A stretch of DNA of 64,000 nt, from assembly GCA_048886185.1 (NCBI GenBank), contig JBHLKY010000007.1:99092-163091 (forward strand), given 5' to 3'. The translations under genes and the position numbers were made by a program. Under the pieces are notes generated by a model. That model was not told the DNA's origin. It was given only the letters and a program-made list of their open reading frames with translations, and did not search any database. Positions 31,163-41,444 of the stretch are shown here, piece by piece. Each line of letters opens with the position of its first letter. Positions within the stretch are counted from its first letter, which is position 1. The stretch comes from Candidatus Hermodarchaeota archaeon (lineage in GTDB: Archaea > Asgardarchaeota > Heimdallarchaeia > Hodarchaeales > Hodarchaeaceae).

Positions 31163-32572
31163 CTAATGAAAACGTCTTTTAAATTCTTTCATCTGAATAA
31201 CTTTAGAAGTCAATCGTGCCTCTTCTGCAGCAAAAGCCATCATATGGCTTTCTAGTGAAGATCTGGCACTAGTTAAAGGTTCTTCTAAACCGAATTGAAT
31301 TGATTTAATAAATGACCGAATCAGCCTTGGATCTCCTCCCCCATGCCCACTACCAGCATTTAAAAGTGTTTTTTGATCCATAATGATTTCTTCGGTTTCC
31401 TTAAGATGATCATAGAGAACTATTTTCTCCTTTGTTGTAAGGAACTCTCCAATCAAAGTCCCTTTTGTCCCATCTATGCGAATTGTTCTCCCCTCTAAAT
31501 GTGAACAACCATGCATTGTGAAAGTAGCTGTGACTCCATTCTGAAATTCAATTATTGTAACTTGGTGATCAACAACATCATTCCCTGCAAAATAGACACA
31601 CCGCCCGTACGGTCCAGTTTGTAAAGCATCCCACTTTCCTTCTAAAGATAAGTTTTCTGTAATGGTAGAAACCGGCCATCCTTGATATTCATACACTTTT
31701 CGAAAAAGTGGTAAACTTTTAAGCTTTTTAAATAATTGCGGATGGTTAATCGCTATATTAGCAATAAATTTGACGTATCCAGAACCTGCCTCTTGTGCTA
31801 TACGAAGAAGGGGAACAATATCAATGTAAATCCGTGGGGCAAAGTATTCACAGCAATTAGCTACAGAACATCCATCTAAACATCGTTTTGTGGCTCCGTG
31901 AGGTGCTTTTTCCTCCTTAAAATGCTTTAAACTTCCAAAAGAACTAATTGATTTAGGAAAACTTCCTGCTATCCAGTATAGAAGGTCTAAATCATGTACA
32001 CTCTTCGTGAGTATCATCGGACTGGATTTAGACAAATTAGCCCAATTTCCTCTAACAAAGGAATGACTCATATGCCAATATGAGACGTTTTCACAATGAT
32101 CGATGGTAATGATGTCCCCAATTTTACCTAATTGGATTATTTCATGAATTTTTTTGAAAAAGGGGGCATATCGTAATACTTGTGCTATACATAATTGTGA
32201 CTTGACTTCATCAGATTTCTGTACTAGCTGGATACACTCTTCAGGTTGGGTAGCCATGGGTTTCTCTAATAATACTTGATAACCTAAGGCTAACGCTTGT
32301 AAGGTTGGAGCGGTGTGCATTTGGTCTTGAGTACAAATGATTGCTGCATCTGCGAGTTTTGATTTTAAACCCTCTTCCCATGTTCTGAATTGATGAGTGG
32401 AAGGAATAGCGTGTGCTTGAGCAAAAATTTTTCTTCTAATGGGATGGGGTTCAGCAACAGCTATGATTTTCAATTCGTGAGGATGATCTAGAGCATATTG
32501 TCCATATACATCTTTCCCACGATTCCCAGCTCCAATCACTATCGCTGTTAAGCATTCTTCTGAATCAGCCAA
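31163..32572 (-). CDS. Gfo/Idh/MocA family NAD(P)-dependent oxidoreductase
   Basis: 469 aa. It has the N-terminal Rossmann fold IVIGAGNRGKDVYGQYALDHPHELKIIAVAEP, the LLEKPMA (EKP) motif, and a long C-terminal extension. The SD site AAGGAG lies upstream of a TTG start. Confidence 0.75.
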   Translation of the reverse strand: MADSEECLTAIVIGAGNRGKDVYGQYALDHPHELKIIAVAEPHPIRRKIFAQAHAIPSTHQFRTWEEGLKSKLADAAIICTQDQMHTAPTLQALALGYQVLLEKPMATQPEECIQLVQKSDEVKSQLCIAQVLRYAPFFKKIHEIIQLGKIGDIITIDHCENVSYWHMSHSFVRGNWANLSKSSPMILTKSVHDLDLLYWIAGSFPKSISSFGSLKHFKEEKAPHGATKRCLDGCSVANCCEYFAPRIYIDIVPLLRIAQEAGSGYVKFIANIAINHPQLFKKLKSLPLFRKVYEYQGWPVSTITENLSLEGKWDALQTGPYGRCVYFAGNDVVDHQVTIIEFQNGVTATFTMHGCSHLEGRTIRIDGTKGTLIGEFLTTKEKIVLYDHLKETEEIIMDQKTLLNAGSGHGGGDPRLIRSFIKSIQFGLEEPLTSARSSLESHMMAFAAEEARLTSKVIQMKEFKRRFH

Positions 32573-33644
32573 TACTATCTTCTCCTTAAATTGACAGTTA
32601 TCATCATTATAGAAAAATGAAAAAAACTTATGTTAAAAATCAATTCTTACTTTAAAATTTCAAAATATGAAGAATGAAATGTTTGAAGCTATTAAGACAA
32701 AAAATAACATACTATATTCCACTAGGCTCTAAATGTAAATTTTTGTCCTTTACTTTTGAAAAAACTTCTAATTTATATAGGTAGGGCACCATTGATTCTG
32801 GTTATTTTAACTTTCATAAACTTTTTATAATATTTTAAGTCAATTCTGGTTGTATTTCAGGATACAGAAGTTACGAGATAAGAATGCAAGAACTAAAACA
32901 TGTAATATCGAAACTAACGATTTGCATCATATTATGTATTCTCTTCTTTATAGACACTGTAAATGCTCATATAACAGGTACTTTTAGATTTTCTGGTGAT
33001 TACATGATGACCCTAATTGCATTTGGAGGAATAATGTATTATCTCATTCATTTTATTATAATGATAAAAAGACAAAACTTCTCGAAGAATCAAAAAAATA
33101 TGTTATGAAAAACATATTAACTGGATTTCTATAAAGGAATCTTGATTTTTCCGACTAATTTGATGAATAATGGTTTCTGAATTATTTGAACCAGCTGAAA
33201 AGATACTTAAGGTAATTTTATCCTACACGGGGACTATTTTATGCCCTAAACAGTATCATTTTGTTATTGCGGTATAACATAAGTACCAAAAGTGTATTTA
33301 AATCTACCTTGAGCCTTTATAATTTTATAAATCCAAAATCATTTGGATTAACATCATAAGAACTAATTGTATCACTACAACAACTTGGAATCACTCCTAA
33401 TAAAATCATGAACAATATAATACCAGAGAAAGCCCAGATCAACGTATAGATTTACAACTCACGTTAATCACGATTGATCATAACAAATCAGACTAAATAT
33501 TTTCAGAATAAGGTATTTATTCTTACATCTACAGAAGTCTATAGGTTTTTAGTTGATAGAATATAATTAGGATCCTCTTATTACCTTAGAATATTGAGAT
33601 AAAGCTAAACTTTCTTCAATTACATTTTTATAATAATTTTAAAC

Positions 33645-34094
33645 CTATTGATTGATATTAACTTCGTAAGTTACTTTTGGTTTAATGTTTTTTCCAATCA
33701 CACAGTATTTTGGGATTAATTCACACGCTCTCTCTAAAAGAAAACTTTCACCATGAATATTAATTAAACATTTTATTACAGAGAAAAAGAAATCGTTATT
33801 TTCCTTATTAAATTCAAGTGTGGCTTTAGTTGTGACTGAAAGACTTTTTGGAGTAGTATGGAGGCTATCACATAAATGGAGGATTGTAGTCAAAGTGCAA
33901 GTTGCAATAGCAGAAAGAAATAAATCCTCTGGAGACGGTTGGTCATTACCTCCAAAGACTGGAGGACAACTAAAGGGTACAGGCTTTTTCCAATTTGTTG
34001 TGACGAAAAATCCTTCTTTCTTTTTCTCCCATATTGCTATTGTCTGCACGTCCAAATTTTTAATATTTGATTTGAGCATAATTGATATTTCCAT
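33645..34094 (-). CDS. OsmC/Ohr family protein
   Basis: 149 aa. SPEDLFLSAIATCTLTTI and the C-terminal ERACELIPKYCVIGKNI match the two-Cys OsmC pattern. Confidence 0.65.
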   Translation of the reverse strand: MEISIMLKSNIKNLDVQTIAIWEKKKEGFFVTTNWKKPVPFSCPPVFGGNDQPSPEDLFLSAIATCTLTTILHLCDSLHTTPKSLSVTTKATLEFNKENNDFFFSVIKCLINIHGESFLLERACELIPKYCVIGKNIKPKVTYEVNINQ

Positions 34095-34248
34095 TTGAAT
34101 GTTAATAAACGACCCTACAATCTTGACAGAATATTAGTATTATGTTCAATAGTTAAATGTGTTTTATTTCTGTTTTGAGTTTCTACCGAGTAAAATCCTA
34201 TAAATTAAAAATCAATTAAGTGAAAGAACATTTAAGGAATGGATAACA

Positions 34249-35064
34249 GTGAAGGAAAATTTTTCTTTGAATTCTGTTACCAATGAAAATTGTTTGCAGT
34301 TCATTCAGAAATTACCTGATAAGTCTATTGATATCGTACTTACAGATCCACCTTACGCCATATCTTCGGGTAATAAGTTGTCAATGAGAAATATTAAAAA
34401 ACAAAAGGGATTTGGTGGAGATTGGAACATTATTAATGAAAAATGGGATATTTTTTCATTTCAGGATTATTGCAGATTGATAGAAAATATGTTGAAAGAA
34501 ACGTACAGGGTTTTAAAACCAACAGGAACAGTATTTATCTGTGGAACTTACCATAATATAGGAATTATTAACTATTTTGCTCTTAAAACTACTTATAATA
34601 TTATCAATGAAATTATCTGGTTTAAGAGGAACGCTTTTCCAAATTTATCCCAAAAATGTATGACCGCTTCTCACGAGAACATTTTATGGTTAAGTAAATC
34701 AGATTCTTGGAATTATAATTATGAAGCCATAAAAGAAACAAGTTATCATTTTGATAAGATAAAAGAATCTGATAAGCAATTACGGTCCGTATGGGATATT
34801 CCAAATAATAAAGAGAAGGATGAGCTATTATATCGGACGGTTTTTACAGATCAATCATATTGGATTAAATCCCAAAAACCTCTTAGACTCATTGATAGAT
34901 GCATAGAACTGGCTTCCCAACCCGGAGATATTATCGCAGATTGGTTTAGTGGGTCAGGGACAACCCTAGTTTCAGCCTCAAATCATTCTTTATCCTTTAT
35001 TGGATGTGAAATCAACCCCAAATATGTTGAAGTAATCCGTTGGCGATTAGAAAGAGGAATTTAA
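34249..35064 (+). CDS. DNA methyltransferase, beta-class N6_N4_Mtase (DPPY motif IV, probably N6-adenine), apparently an orphan
   Basis: 271 aa. Motif IV IVLTDPPY lies near the N-terminus and motif I DWFSGSGTT near the C-terminus, which is the beta-class order. GTG start. Confidence 0.85.
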   Translation: MKENFSLNSVTNENCLQFIQKLPDKSIDIVLTDPPYAISSGNKLSMRNIKKQKGFGGDWNIINEKWDIFSFQDYCRLIENMLKETYRVLKPTGTVFICGTYHNIGIINYFALKTTYNIINEIIWFKRNAFPNLSQKCMTASHENILWLSKSDSWNYNYEAIKETSYHFDKIKESDKQLRSVWDIPNNKEKDELLYRTVFTDQSYWIKSQKPLRLIDRCIELASQPGDIIADWFSGSGTTLVSASNHSLSFIGCEINPKYVEVIRWRLERGI

Positions 35065-35181
35065 GGTTTTTTAATTAAAACTGATTTACTTGATTTTTTA
35101 TCTTTGATTTCATTATATTTAACTTACAGATATTAACTCTCTTCTATTTCTATTATTTTGGATCCTTTTGTATATTACTTT

Positions 35182-35964
35182 TTATCTAGCGACATTTAGA
35201 ATCGTTTCTCTCATTAATAATGGAAGAAGACCACTTAGAAGATAAACTGGGGTAAGGGGAATATAAAGAAGAATGATAAATGAATCACGATCAATGGAAG
35301 GTATGTTAATTGTTAGAAGAGCTAAGCTGATGAAAAAAATCATTTCTACAATAAGAAAATAAGAAATCTGTTTCAATTTTTGTGGCCAGGAATAAATAAT
35401 AAAGTTTTTTGAACCCAATTTCAGCTCTATTGTCTGATCTACCTTATGTTTGCTTGCAAAGTGAGCGAAAACTAAAAAATAAACTAATTCAAAGTGGCCA
35501 TCTAATGTACCGATTATTTTAGCCAACAGTGAGTTATAAATAGGACTAAGGTCTTCATATGTGAAAGAAAGGATGATCGTTCGTTCGCCTAATGGCTGAA
35601 ATGGCCATAAGAGAGTTACTCCATCAAAATAAACCATATCTAGCGCCACATGAATAAACATTCCAGCTGTTAATCCCACAATAAATGGATAATATATGAT
35701 TGAAGCCGATTTAAAATAAAAATTTGTCAGATAGCCAGTAATAAGGATTATGGCTATTATCACAAGACTGTGGGTCACTGAACGATGGAATGCAATTGCC
35801 ATCTCTTTTTCAGCGGTAAGAAGGAAGATTAAGACACTACCTAGAAGGTCAAGATCAGGTATGACAGAACCCGCTACTAGCCCAATTTTAAGATATTTAT
35901 GATTCTCTCCTAGTCTGCTTGCCAAAAATAATCCTAACAGACCATGAAAACCTGTCGGAGCCAT
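35182..35964 (-). CDS. membrane-bound metal-dependent hydrolase, YdjM/DUF457-like
   Basis: 260 aa. It has the N-terminal FHGLLGL motif, IPDLDLLGS, and HRSVTHSL His clusters within a polytopic membrane protein. Confidence 0.55.
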   Translation of the reverse strand: MAPTGFHGLLGLFLASRLGENHKYLKIGLVAGSVIPDLDLLGSVLIFLLTAEKEMAIAFHRSVTHSLVIIAIILITGYLTNFYFKSASIIYYPFIVGLTAGMFIHVALDMVYFDGVTLLWPFQPLGERTIILSFTYEDLSPIYNSLLAKIIGTLDGHFELVYFLVFAHFASKHKVDQTIELKLGSKNFIIYSWPQKLKQISYFLIVEMIFFISLALLTINIPSIDRDSFIILLYIPLTPVYLLSGLLPLLMRETILNVAR

Positions 35965-36127
35965 AAAAGTATTTCTTCCTTTGTTTTATACCATTAAATT
36001 TCAAATCTTATTGTAAAGTAACTACGGAAACTTTTACTGGTAACTCTTTAATTAAACGCGATATCCTAATTATCTAACTCACCTTAAAATCAGGAGCTTG
36101 AAAGGGTAAAATTTGGAGAAAGATTAA

Positions 36128-36883
36128 GTGACTATTAGAGCAACTGGTAGAATAACACGCGTTTTAAAACAAGCAATGCCACACGGTTTTAGGGGAGTCT
36201 ATAAAATTAACATTGTTGGCTCAACGGGGGCTGGAAAGACTGAGTTTCTGCGATATTTATTAAAAGATCTATTTGAACCCAGTACAGAAGCACCAAGACG
36301 TTCAAAAACCGAAAATACGGTAGATTCAACACACACTTGGTTTCATATTGGTCCTCAGAGCAAACAATCGACGACAACTATAGCTTTAAACCCAGTAGGG
36401 ATTTTATTAGTGCGGACCTTATTTAACTCCATTGAATTCCATCCAGTTAATAAAGTTGACGAATTGCTTTTGCGTGATGACATTGAAGAAATATGGCAGT
36501 TAATATTCTTTGATAATGCTGGTCAAGAAAGATTTGACTTTATGCCACAAATCACAATGCGTGGTGCTGATGCGGTAATAGTTCTAGCAGATGGAACCAA
36601 TATGGCTAGTATAGAAAAGATTTCATATTTTTTAGAACTTATACAAGATGAAGAGTACAGAGCAAGTGGTGGATTAATTCGGATCCCCGTTTTTATTCTT
36701 TTAAATAAGAAAGATTTAATTGAGTACGGTTGTTTTATTGGCCTTAAAAGTGTTCGGCATATGATCGGTTCCTCTGATGAATATGATTTTTATGAAACAT
36801 CAATGAAAACTGGAGATGGAGTTGATGATACAATTAGATCACTGATCTCCCGCCTTCATGAAAAAGCTATTGAAAAGAGATAA
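36128..36883 (+). CDS. Ras-superfamily small GTPase (Rab/Arf/Roc-like)
   Basis: 251 aa. It has G1 GSTGAGKTEF, G3 FDNAGQERF (DxxGQ), and G4 LLNKKDL (NKxD). GTG start. Confidence 0.75.
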   Translation: MTIRATGRITRVLKQAMPHGFRGVYKINIVGSTGAGKTEFLRYLLKDLFEPSTEAPRRSKTENTVDSTHTWFHIGPQSKQSTTTIALNPVGILLVRTLFNSIEFHPVNKVDELLLRDDIEEIWQLIFFDNAGQERFDFMPQITMRGADAVIVLADGTNMASIEKISYFLELIQDEEYRASGGLIRIPVFILLNKKDLIEYGCFIGLKSVRHMIGSSDEYDFYETSMKTGDGVDDTIRSLISRLHEKAIEKR

Positions 36884-36900
36884 TATTCCCATCGTAGGAT

Positions 36901-37218
36901 TTATTCTTTTCTTAATGCCTCTACTGTATCTAATTTCGCTGCTCTCTCGAAGGGATAAAATCCTGCTACCATTATATTTCCTTCTTTAGGATTATCCAAA
37001 GTTCCTAAACAGTTAAGTAATGTATTTTTTCCTGATCCTGAAAATCCCATTACTACAATACAGTCTTCTTTTTTCACCAGTAACTCTACACCTTGAAGTG
37101 CATTCACCATCACTCCTTCTCCTAAATTGTATGTTTTTCGTAGGTTAGTGATTTCAATTGTGAAGTCAGTTTTCTTTTTGTGGAAGGATTCACCAATAAA
37201 ATGTTCCCCTTCTTGATT
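36901..37218 (-). pseudogene. truncated ABC transporter ATP-binding protein (N-terminal 100 aa only, LolD/MacB-like)
   Basis: The frame encodes ...IEITNLRKTYNLGEGVMVNALQGVELLVKKEDCIVVMGFSGSGKNTLLNCLGTL...EALRKE and then stops. The Walker A is present. The Q-loop, signature, Walker B and H-loop are absent. There is no canonical start for the full N-terminus. Confidence 0.55.
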
Positions 37219-37548
37219 TTATTGGTGGAATATGCTTATTAGTGCAGAAATCATAATACTTACTAAAAGAAATAGTAAAATTAGTGTTGGAATGAAAAAT
37301 GAGACCTTTAGGTTATTTAAAAGAGCAACACATTGAAGAAATCTCTCTGCTAGAATAACCATTAATGCTAATATGATATTCATTCTTGAATCAGTTAAAA
37401 TACCTAGTAACCCCAAAATCCCATAAAAAACCATTATAATGGGAATAACGGCCGAAATTGGATATTGAAGGATATTAACAGCTGATTTGAATAATCCAAA
37501 TCTCTCTGCAAGTGAAAAAAGAGTCAGCTTAAGAATAAGATAACTGAG
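37219..37548 (-). pseudogene. C-terminal fragment of an FtsX-like ABC permease
   Basis: The open frame ...LAERFGLFKSAVNIL...MVFYGILGLLGIL...ALISIFHQ resembles the last TM helices of an FtsX/LolE permease. The N-terminal about 300 aa are absent. Confidence 0.4.
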
Positions 37549-37664
37549 ATATCTTCAAAATCAGAAATCGAATCTGAAAATTGATTAATAGTCATCTTCT
37601 ATTCTATATCAAAATCTATCAGTTCTTATTCCTTTCATTAGGCTCTTCATTGATGATCTATTTG

Positions 37665-38645
37665 TCATTTATTCTTATAACGGGGATTTTCTGCTTCAAA
37701 AATTATTCGTTCTATTGTTTTATCAAGGTGATAATTCTCAGGGTAGATTTTGGAATTTTTTGAAGGAGTTGCTTTTTTACCAACTTGTCGTGAAAAGGTA
37801 AATTTTGTAATATCTTCTCCTGTTTTATCTACATACCGTCGTAGTGTTTTAAGGTTTGGAAAGTTATCATTTTCATCAGGAACACCATTTAGACGATGAT
37901 TAGCTATATCCACATACTTTTTGACTATCTCACATCCAATAAAACGTCGATTATTATTTTTAGCTACAACTGCAGTAGTACCAGATCCTATGAACGGATC
38001 TAGAACAATGTCATTTAATTCAGTTGTCGAAAGAATAATACGTGTAACTAAATCTTCAGGAAACTGACATGGATGTTCTGTCTGTTCTTCGTGGTTGTGT
38101 TTGACATTTCTAAAAGCCCAAACGTCTCCTGGGTTCTTTCCACGAGGGTCACTAGTAAATTTGCCGTAGTCCATACCTTGGCGATAATTCTTCTTTTTAG
38201 GATAAATTTGTGGCACACGAATGTCATCTAGGAAGAACTTATAGTTATCAGATTTGGAAAACCAAAGAATTGTTTCGTGACGGTTCGAAAATTTATGTTT
38301 CGCATGCGTTCCATGCTGACGAATCCAGATTATTCTATTCCTTGGAATGAAACCTAATTTAACAAAAATTGGAAAAATAACTGCATCCCATGGGAAATGA
38401 GCTCCATTGTTTCCAACATATGTTCCAACTTGATAGAAAATGGATCCTGTGATCTTAAGTATACGCCAACATTCAGTTAAAACCTTATTAGACCACTCTA
38501 AGTATTGGTTTAAAGTTGTTTTTTTCTCATACTCTTTACCTATTCCATAAGGGGGAGAAGTGACAATCAGATCAATAGTTTCTTCTGAAAGTTTTTTAGA
38601 GAATTCAATAAAGTCCTCATTATAGATTCTATTGTATTTAATCAT
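37665..38645 (-). CDS. DNA methyltransferase, beta-class N6_N4_Mtase (SPPY motif IV, probably N4-cytosine)
   Basis: 326 aa. It has the DLIVTSPPYGIG motif near the N-terminus and the LDPFIGSGTT motif near the C-terminus. An SD site (GAGGT) lies 11 nt upstream. It is co-oriented 17 bp downstream of gltX. Confidence 0.85.
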   Translation of the reverse strand: MIKYNRIYNEDFIEFSKKLSEETIDLIVTSPPYGIGKEYEKKTTLNQYLEWSNKVLTECWRILKITGSIFYQVGTYVGNNGAHFPWDAVIFPIFVKLGFIPRNRIIWIRQHGTHAKHKFSNRHETILWFSKSDNYKFFLDDIRVPQIYPKKKNYRQGMDYGKFTSDPRGKNPGDVWAFRNVKHNHEEQTEHPCQFPEDLVTRIILSTTELNDIVLDPFIGSGTTAVVAKNNNRRFIGCEIVKKYVDIANHRLNGVPDENDNFPNLKTLRRYVDKTGEDITKFTFSRQVGKKATPSKNSKIYPENYHLDKTIERIIFEAENPRYKNK

Positions 38646-38662
38646 AAGAAGATATAACCTCG

Positions 38663-40408
38663 TTAAAATGATTCAGTTAGGTTGAGTTGAACGCTGTTGG
38701 GTGTGAGCTTGTCAATTCTACCAAAACCTATACGTTCAAGCTGTATTATCTCACCTACCTGAAATTCTAAAACTGATTTTTCTATAAATCCACTTTTAAT
38801 TGTTAAAGAATTGGGATTAATCTTACCATCTATATATAAAGGACCTGGCACATTTATTGATAGATCAGTACTGTATTCTTTTGGTACCCATTGAATTTTT
38901 GGGTAATTTAGAGATGGATCTTCAATATAGTGGGCCTTAATAATATACCTTTTATCAGTCAATGTTTTTATTTCATAAATTTCAATATTAAAAAGATCCT
39001 TAAGCCGAACAAATTCCTTTGGCTTTAATAAATTTAGATCACTAAAACTAATGTAAAAAATTTCACTATAAGGGATTTTTCGCATCCCCAAATCAGTATT
39101 TTTTGGGTGATATGGTATTTTTACATCCTTTCCTGGCACATCAGCAACTTGTAGTTCAATTGGATCGACAACAGAAAATAATCGTCTTGTACTGTCGTCA
39201 ACAATCTTCCTATTGATTGCTAATAAAATTGACATATCCAGCTCTGATTGACCTGTACTTAATTGCATTTCAAAAGCCAATTGACGAATAGTTTCAGGAA
39301 CAATCCCACGTCGACGCATTCCTGAAAGGGTGCTTAGCCGAAAATCATTCCAATTTGAAATAATGCCTTTATTTATAAGTTCACGAATTCGTCTTTTTGC
39401 TACTGGAACATCAGACAATCGAAGTCTTGAAAAATGTACAAAAATAGGTGATCGCAGGCCAAGAACGTCTCTAATGTAATTCTGCAAAGGAACTTTCTGA
39501 ACAAATTCTTCCGATCTCAAAACATGAGTTATTCCAAGTATTGAATCCTCTATAGAAACTGCAAAATCATATAGAGGCCAAACACGATATTTATCCCCTT
39601 GTAAACAATGAGATGCTTCTATTACTCGCATTATAGTAGGATCACGCAATGCAGCATTTTTGTGAGACATATCTATCTTTAATCTAAGTGATAATTCCCC
39701 CTCAAGACTATCTTCAAGCATACGTTCCCACAATTCGAGGTTATCCGAAGATGTTGAAATTCGATGAGGACACTCTTTTTGTTTGTGCCTATTTTCGCGA
39801 ACAACTTTTACGGGGCAGCCGCATACATACGCATTTCTTTCTTCTATTAATTTCTGAACATAGTCATAATACAATGGGATTCTATCGGATTCATTAACTT
39901 CCTCATCCCATTCTATGCCCATAAACCGAAAATCTTCCCTGATGGCATCATAATACTTCAGTTCAACCTTCCGGGGATTGGTGTCTTCAAAACGCAGAAT
40001 CAGCTTACCATTGTATCTCTTCGCATAGTAATAATTTATGAACCCTGCATATCCGTGTCCTATATGTAAATACCCGCTTGGTTCAGGTGGTAGTCTTGTA
40101 CACACTTTACCATCAATAGCTCCTTCAAGCGGAGGAAGTGTTGTCTTTTTTTTCTTAATTCTTTCTTCTTTTTTAAAAAACTCTGGATATTTTTCTTGAC
40201 AGTGCTGTTCGATTTCTTTTGGACTCAAAGAGTTAACAAAAGTAATTTTAGATGAAGTTAAAGTCGCGATCTCCTTTACTTGACTTTTTAGCCCTGGAAA
40301 AGCAGCAATTATTGCTCCCATTACAGAACCAGTTTTTGCTTTACCGTGTTTCATGGCGTTTTCATAAACAAATTTGTCAATAATTTTTTCAAGATCCAAA
40401 ATATCCAC
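38663..40408 (-). CDS. gltX: glutamyl-tRNA synthetase, archaeal/eukaryal-type class I
   Basis: 581 aa. It has the HIGH region PEPSGYLHIGH and the THVLRSEEF segment, which is related to the GlxRS catalytic core. The N-terminal about 90 aa are a helical appended domain. Confidence 0.8.
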   Translation of the reverse strand: MDILDLEKIIDKFVYENAMKHGKAKTGSVMGAIIAAFPGLKSQVKEIATLTSSKITFVNSLSPKEIEQHCQEKYPEFFKKEERIKKKKTTLPPLEGAIDGKVCTRLPPEPSGYLHIGHGYAGFINYYYAKRYNGKLILRFEDTNPRKVELKYYDAIREDFRFMGIEWDEEVNESDRIPLYYDYVQKLIEERNAYVCGCPVKVVRENRHKQKECPHRISTSSDNLELWERMLEDSLEGELSLRLKIDMSHKNAALRDPTIMRVIEASHCLQGDKYRVWPLYDFAVSIEDSILGITHVLRSEEFVQKVPLQNYIRDVLGLRSPIFVHFSRLRLSDVPVAKRRIRELINKGIISNWNDFRLSTLSGMRRRGIVPETIRQLAFEMQLSTGQSELDMSILLAINRKIVDDSTRRLFSVVDPIELQVADVPGKDVKIPYHPKNTDLGMRKIPYSEIFYISFSDLNLLKPKEFVRLKDLFNIEIYEIKTLTDKRYIIKAHYIEDPSLNYPKIQWVPKEYSTDLSINVPGPLYIDGKINPNSLTIKSGFIEKSVLEFQVGEIIQLERIGFGRIDKLTPNSVQLNLTESF

Positions 40409-40607
40409 ACTTCGTTGTAAAATGTGTAATGTTCAATTGATCAGTAAAAATGATTGTATTAAAGCTACTATAAGTAATTTAACTAGGGGAACAAGTAGTT
40501 TGTGAAACTCATTTGGGGGAATATGATAATGGAATAACAATACAAATTTTATTAATTATTAACTATTTTCCTCAGATGAAAGGTTCACATCTAACTGGGT
40601 TATTAAA

Positions 40608-41303
40608 ATGCAAAAACTGACTCTAGAAGACATCATTAATCAGGATATAAATGATTTTAAGAATTGTCAACAGCTTCATGATTGTGAAGGGTGTGAAAAG
40701 CCCACCTGTGTTATGATTGTGGCTATAGCTGATTTTCCAAGTAAATATGGGCTTTTTAAGATTGTAGGTTTCGTTAATAATAAGGATCAAGAAGAACACA
40801 TTGCTATAATTAAGGGGGATATTTCAAATAAAGAGGGGATCTTAACTCGTGTTCATTCAGCATGTTTAACTGGAGATGCTTTAGGTTCTCTACGATGTGA
40901 CTGTGGTCCTCAATTGGGGCAATCTCTAAAAAAGATCGAAGAGAAAGGACTAGGTGTAATAATTTACATGCAACAAGAGGGCCGAGGGATAGGACTATTG
41001 AATAAACTCCGTGCTTATGCCTTACAAGATGATGGTTTCGATACATATGATGCGAACATTGCACTGGGATTTGGTCCAGATCAAAGAGATTATGAGGTGG
41101 CTGGAGCGATGTTAGAAAAGTTGGGTGTGAAGAGTATTCGTTTAATCACGAATAATCCAGAGAAAATTAATCAACTTGGTAAGTTTATCAAAATCATTGA
41201 ACGAATACCGATTGAATTACCTGCAACTGAATATAGTCTTAACTACTTACAAACAAAAAAGCAACGTTTTGGGCATTTATTAAGGATTCATTCGAGAGGA
41301 TAG
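40608..41303 (+). CDS. ribA: GTP cyclohydrolase II (bacterial-type RibA)
   Basis: 231 aa. It has the Zn motif CLTGDALGSLRCDCGPQ and the EGRGIGLLNKLRAYALQDDGFDTYDAN catalytic segment. Confidence 0.8.
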   Translation: MQKLTLEDIINQDINDFKNCQQLHDCEGCEKPTCVMIVAIADFPSKYGLFKIVGFVNNKDQEEHIAIIKGDISNKEGILTRVHSACLTGDALGSLRCDCGPQLGQSLKKIEEKGLGVIIYMQQEGRGIGLLNKLRAYALQDDGFDTYDANIALGFGPDQRDYEVAGAMLEKLGVKSIRLITNNPEKINQLGKFIKIIERIPIELPATEYSLNYLQTKKQRFGHLLRIHSRG

Positions 41304-41444
41304 TTCTCTGAACGTTTGGAATATAAAAAGAACATGATATCTTAAACAGGTCCAAAGAGTAATTAATTTTAGCAGCAGTTTTTTTGGCATATAAGCAAAA
41401 TGAATTCTATATTGTTTAACATAAAGGATATCTGGTATGTCTAT

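Noticed and set aside
32884-33108. 74-aa hydrophobic ORF in the 32.6-33.6 kb intergenic region
   Set aside because: There is no RBS, no motif, and it lies in an isolated AT-rich context. It is kept out of the feature list because support is insufficient, though a small membrane peptide cannot be excluded.
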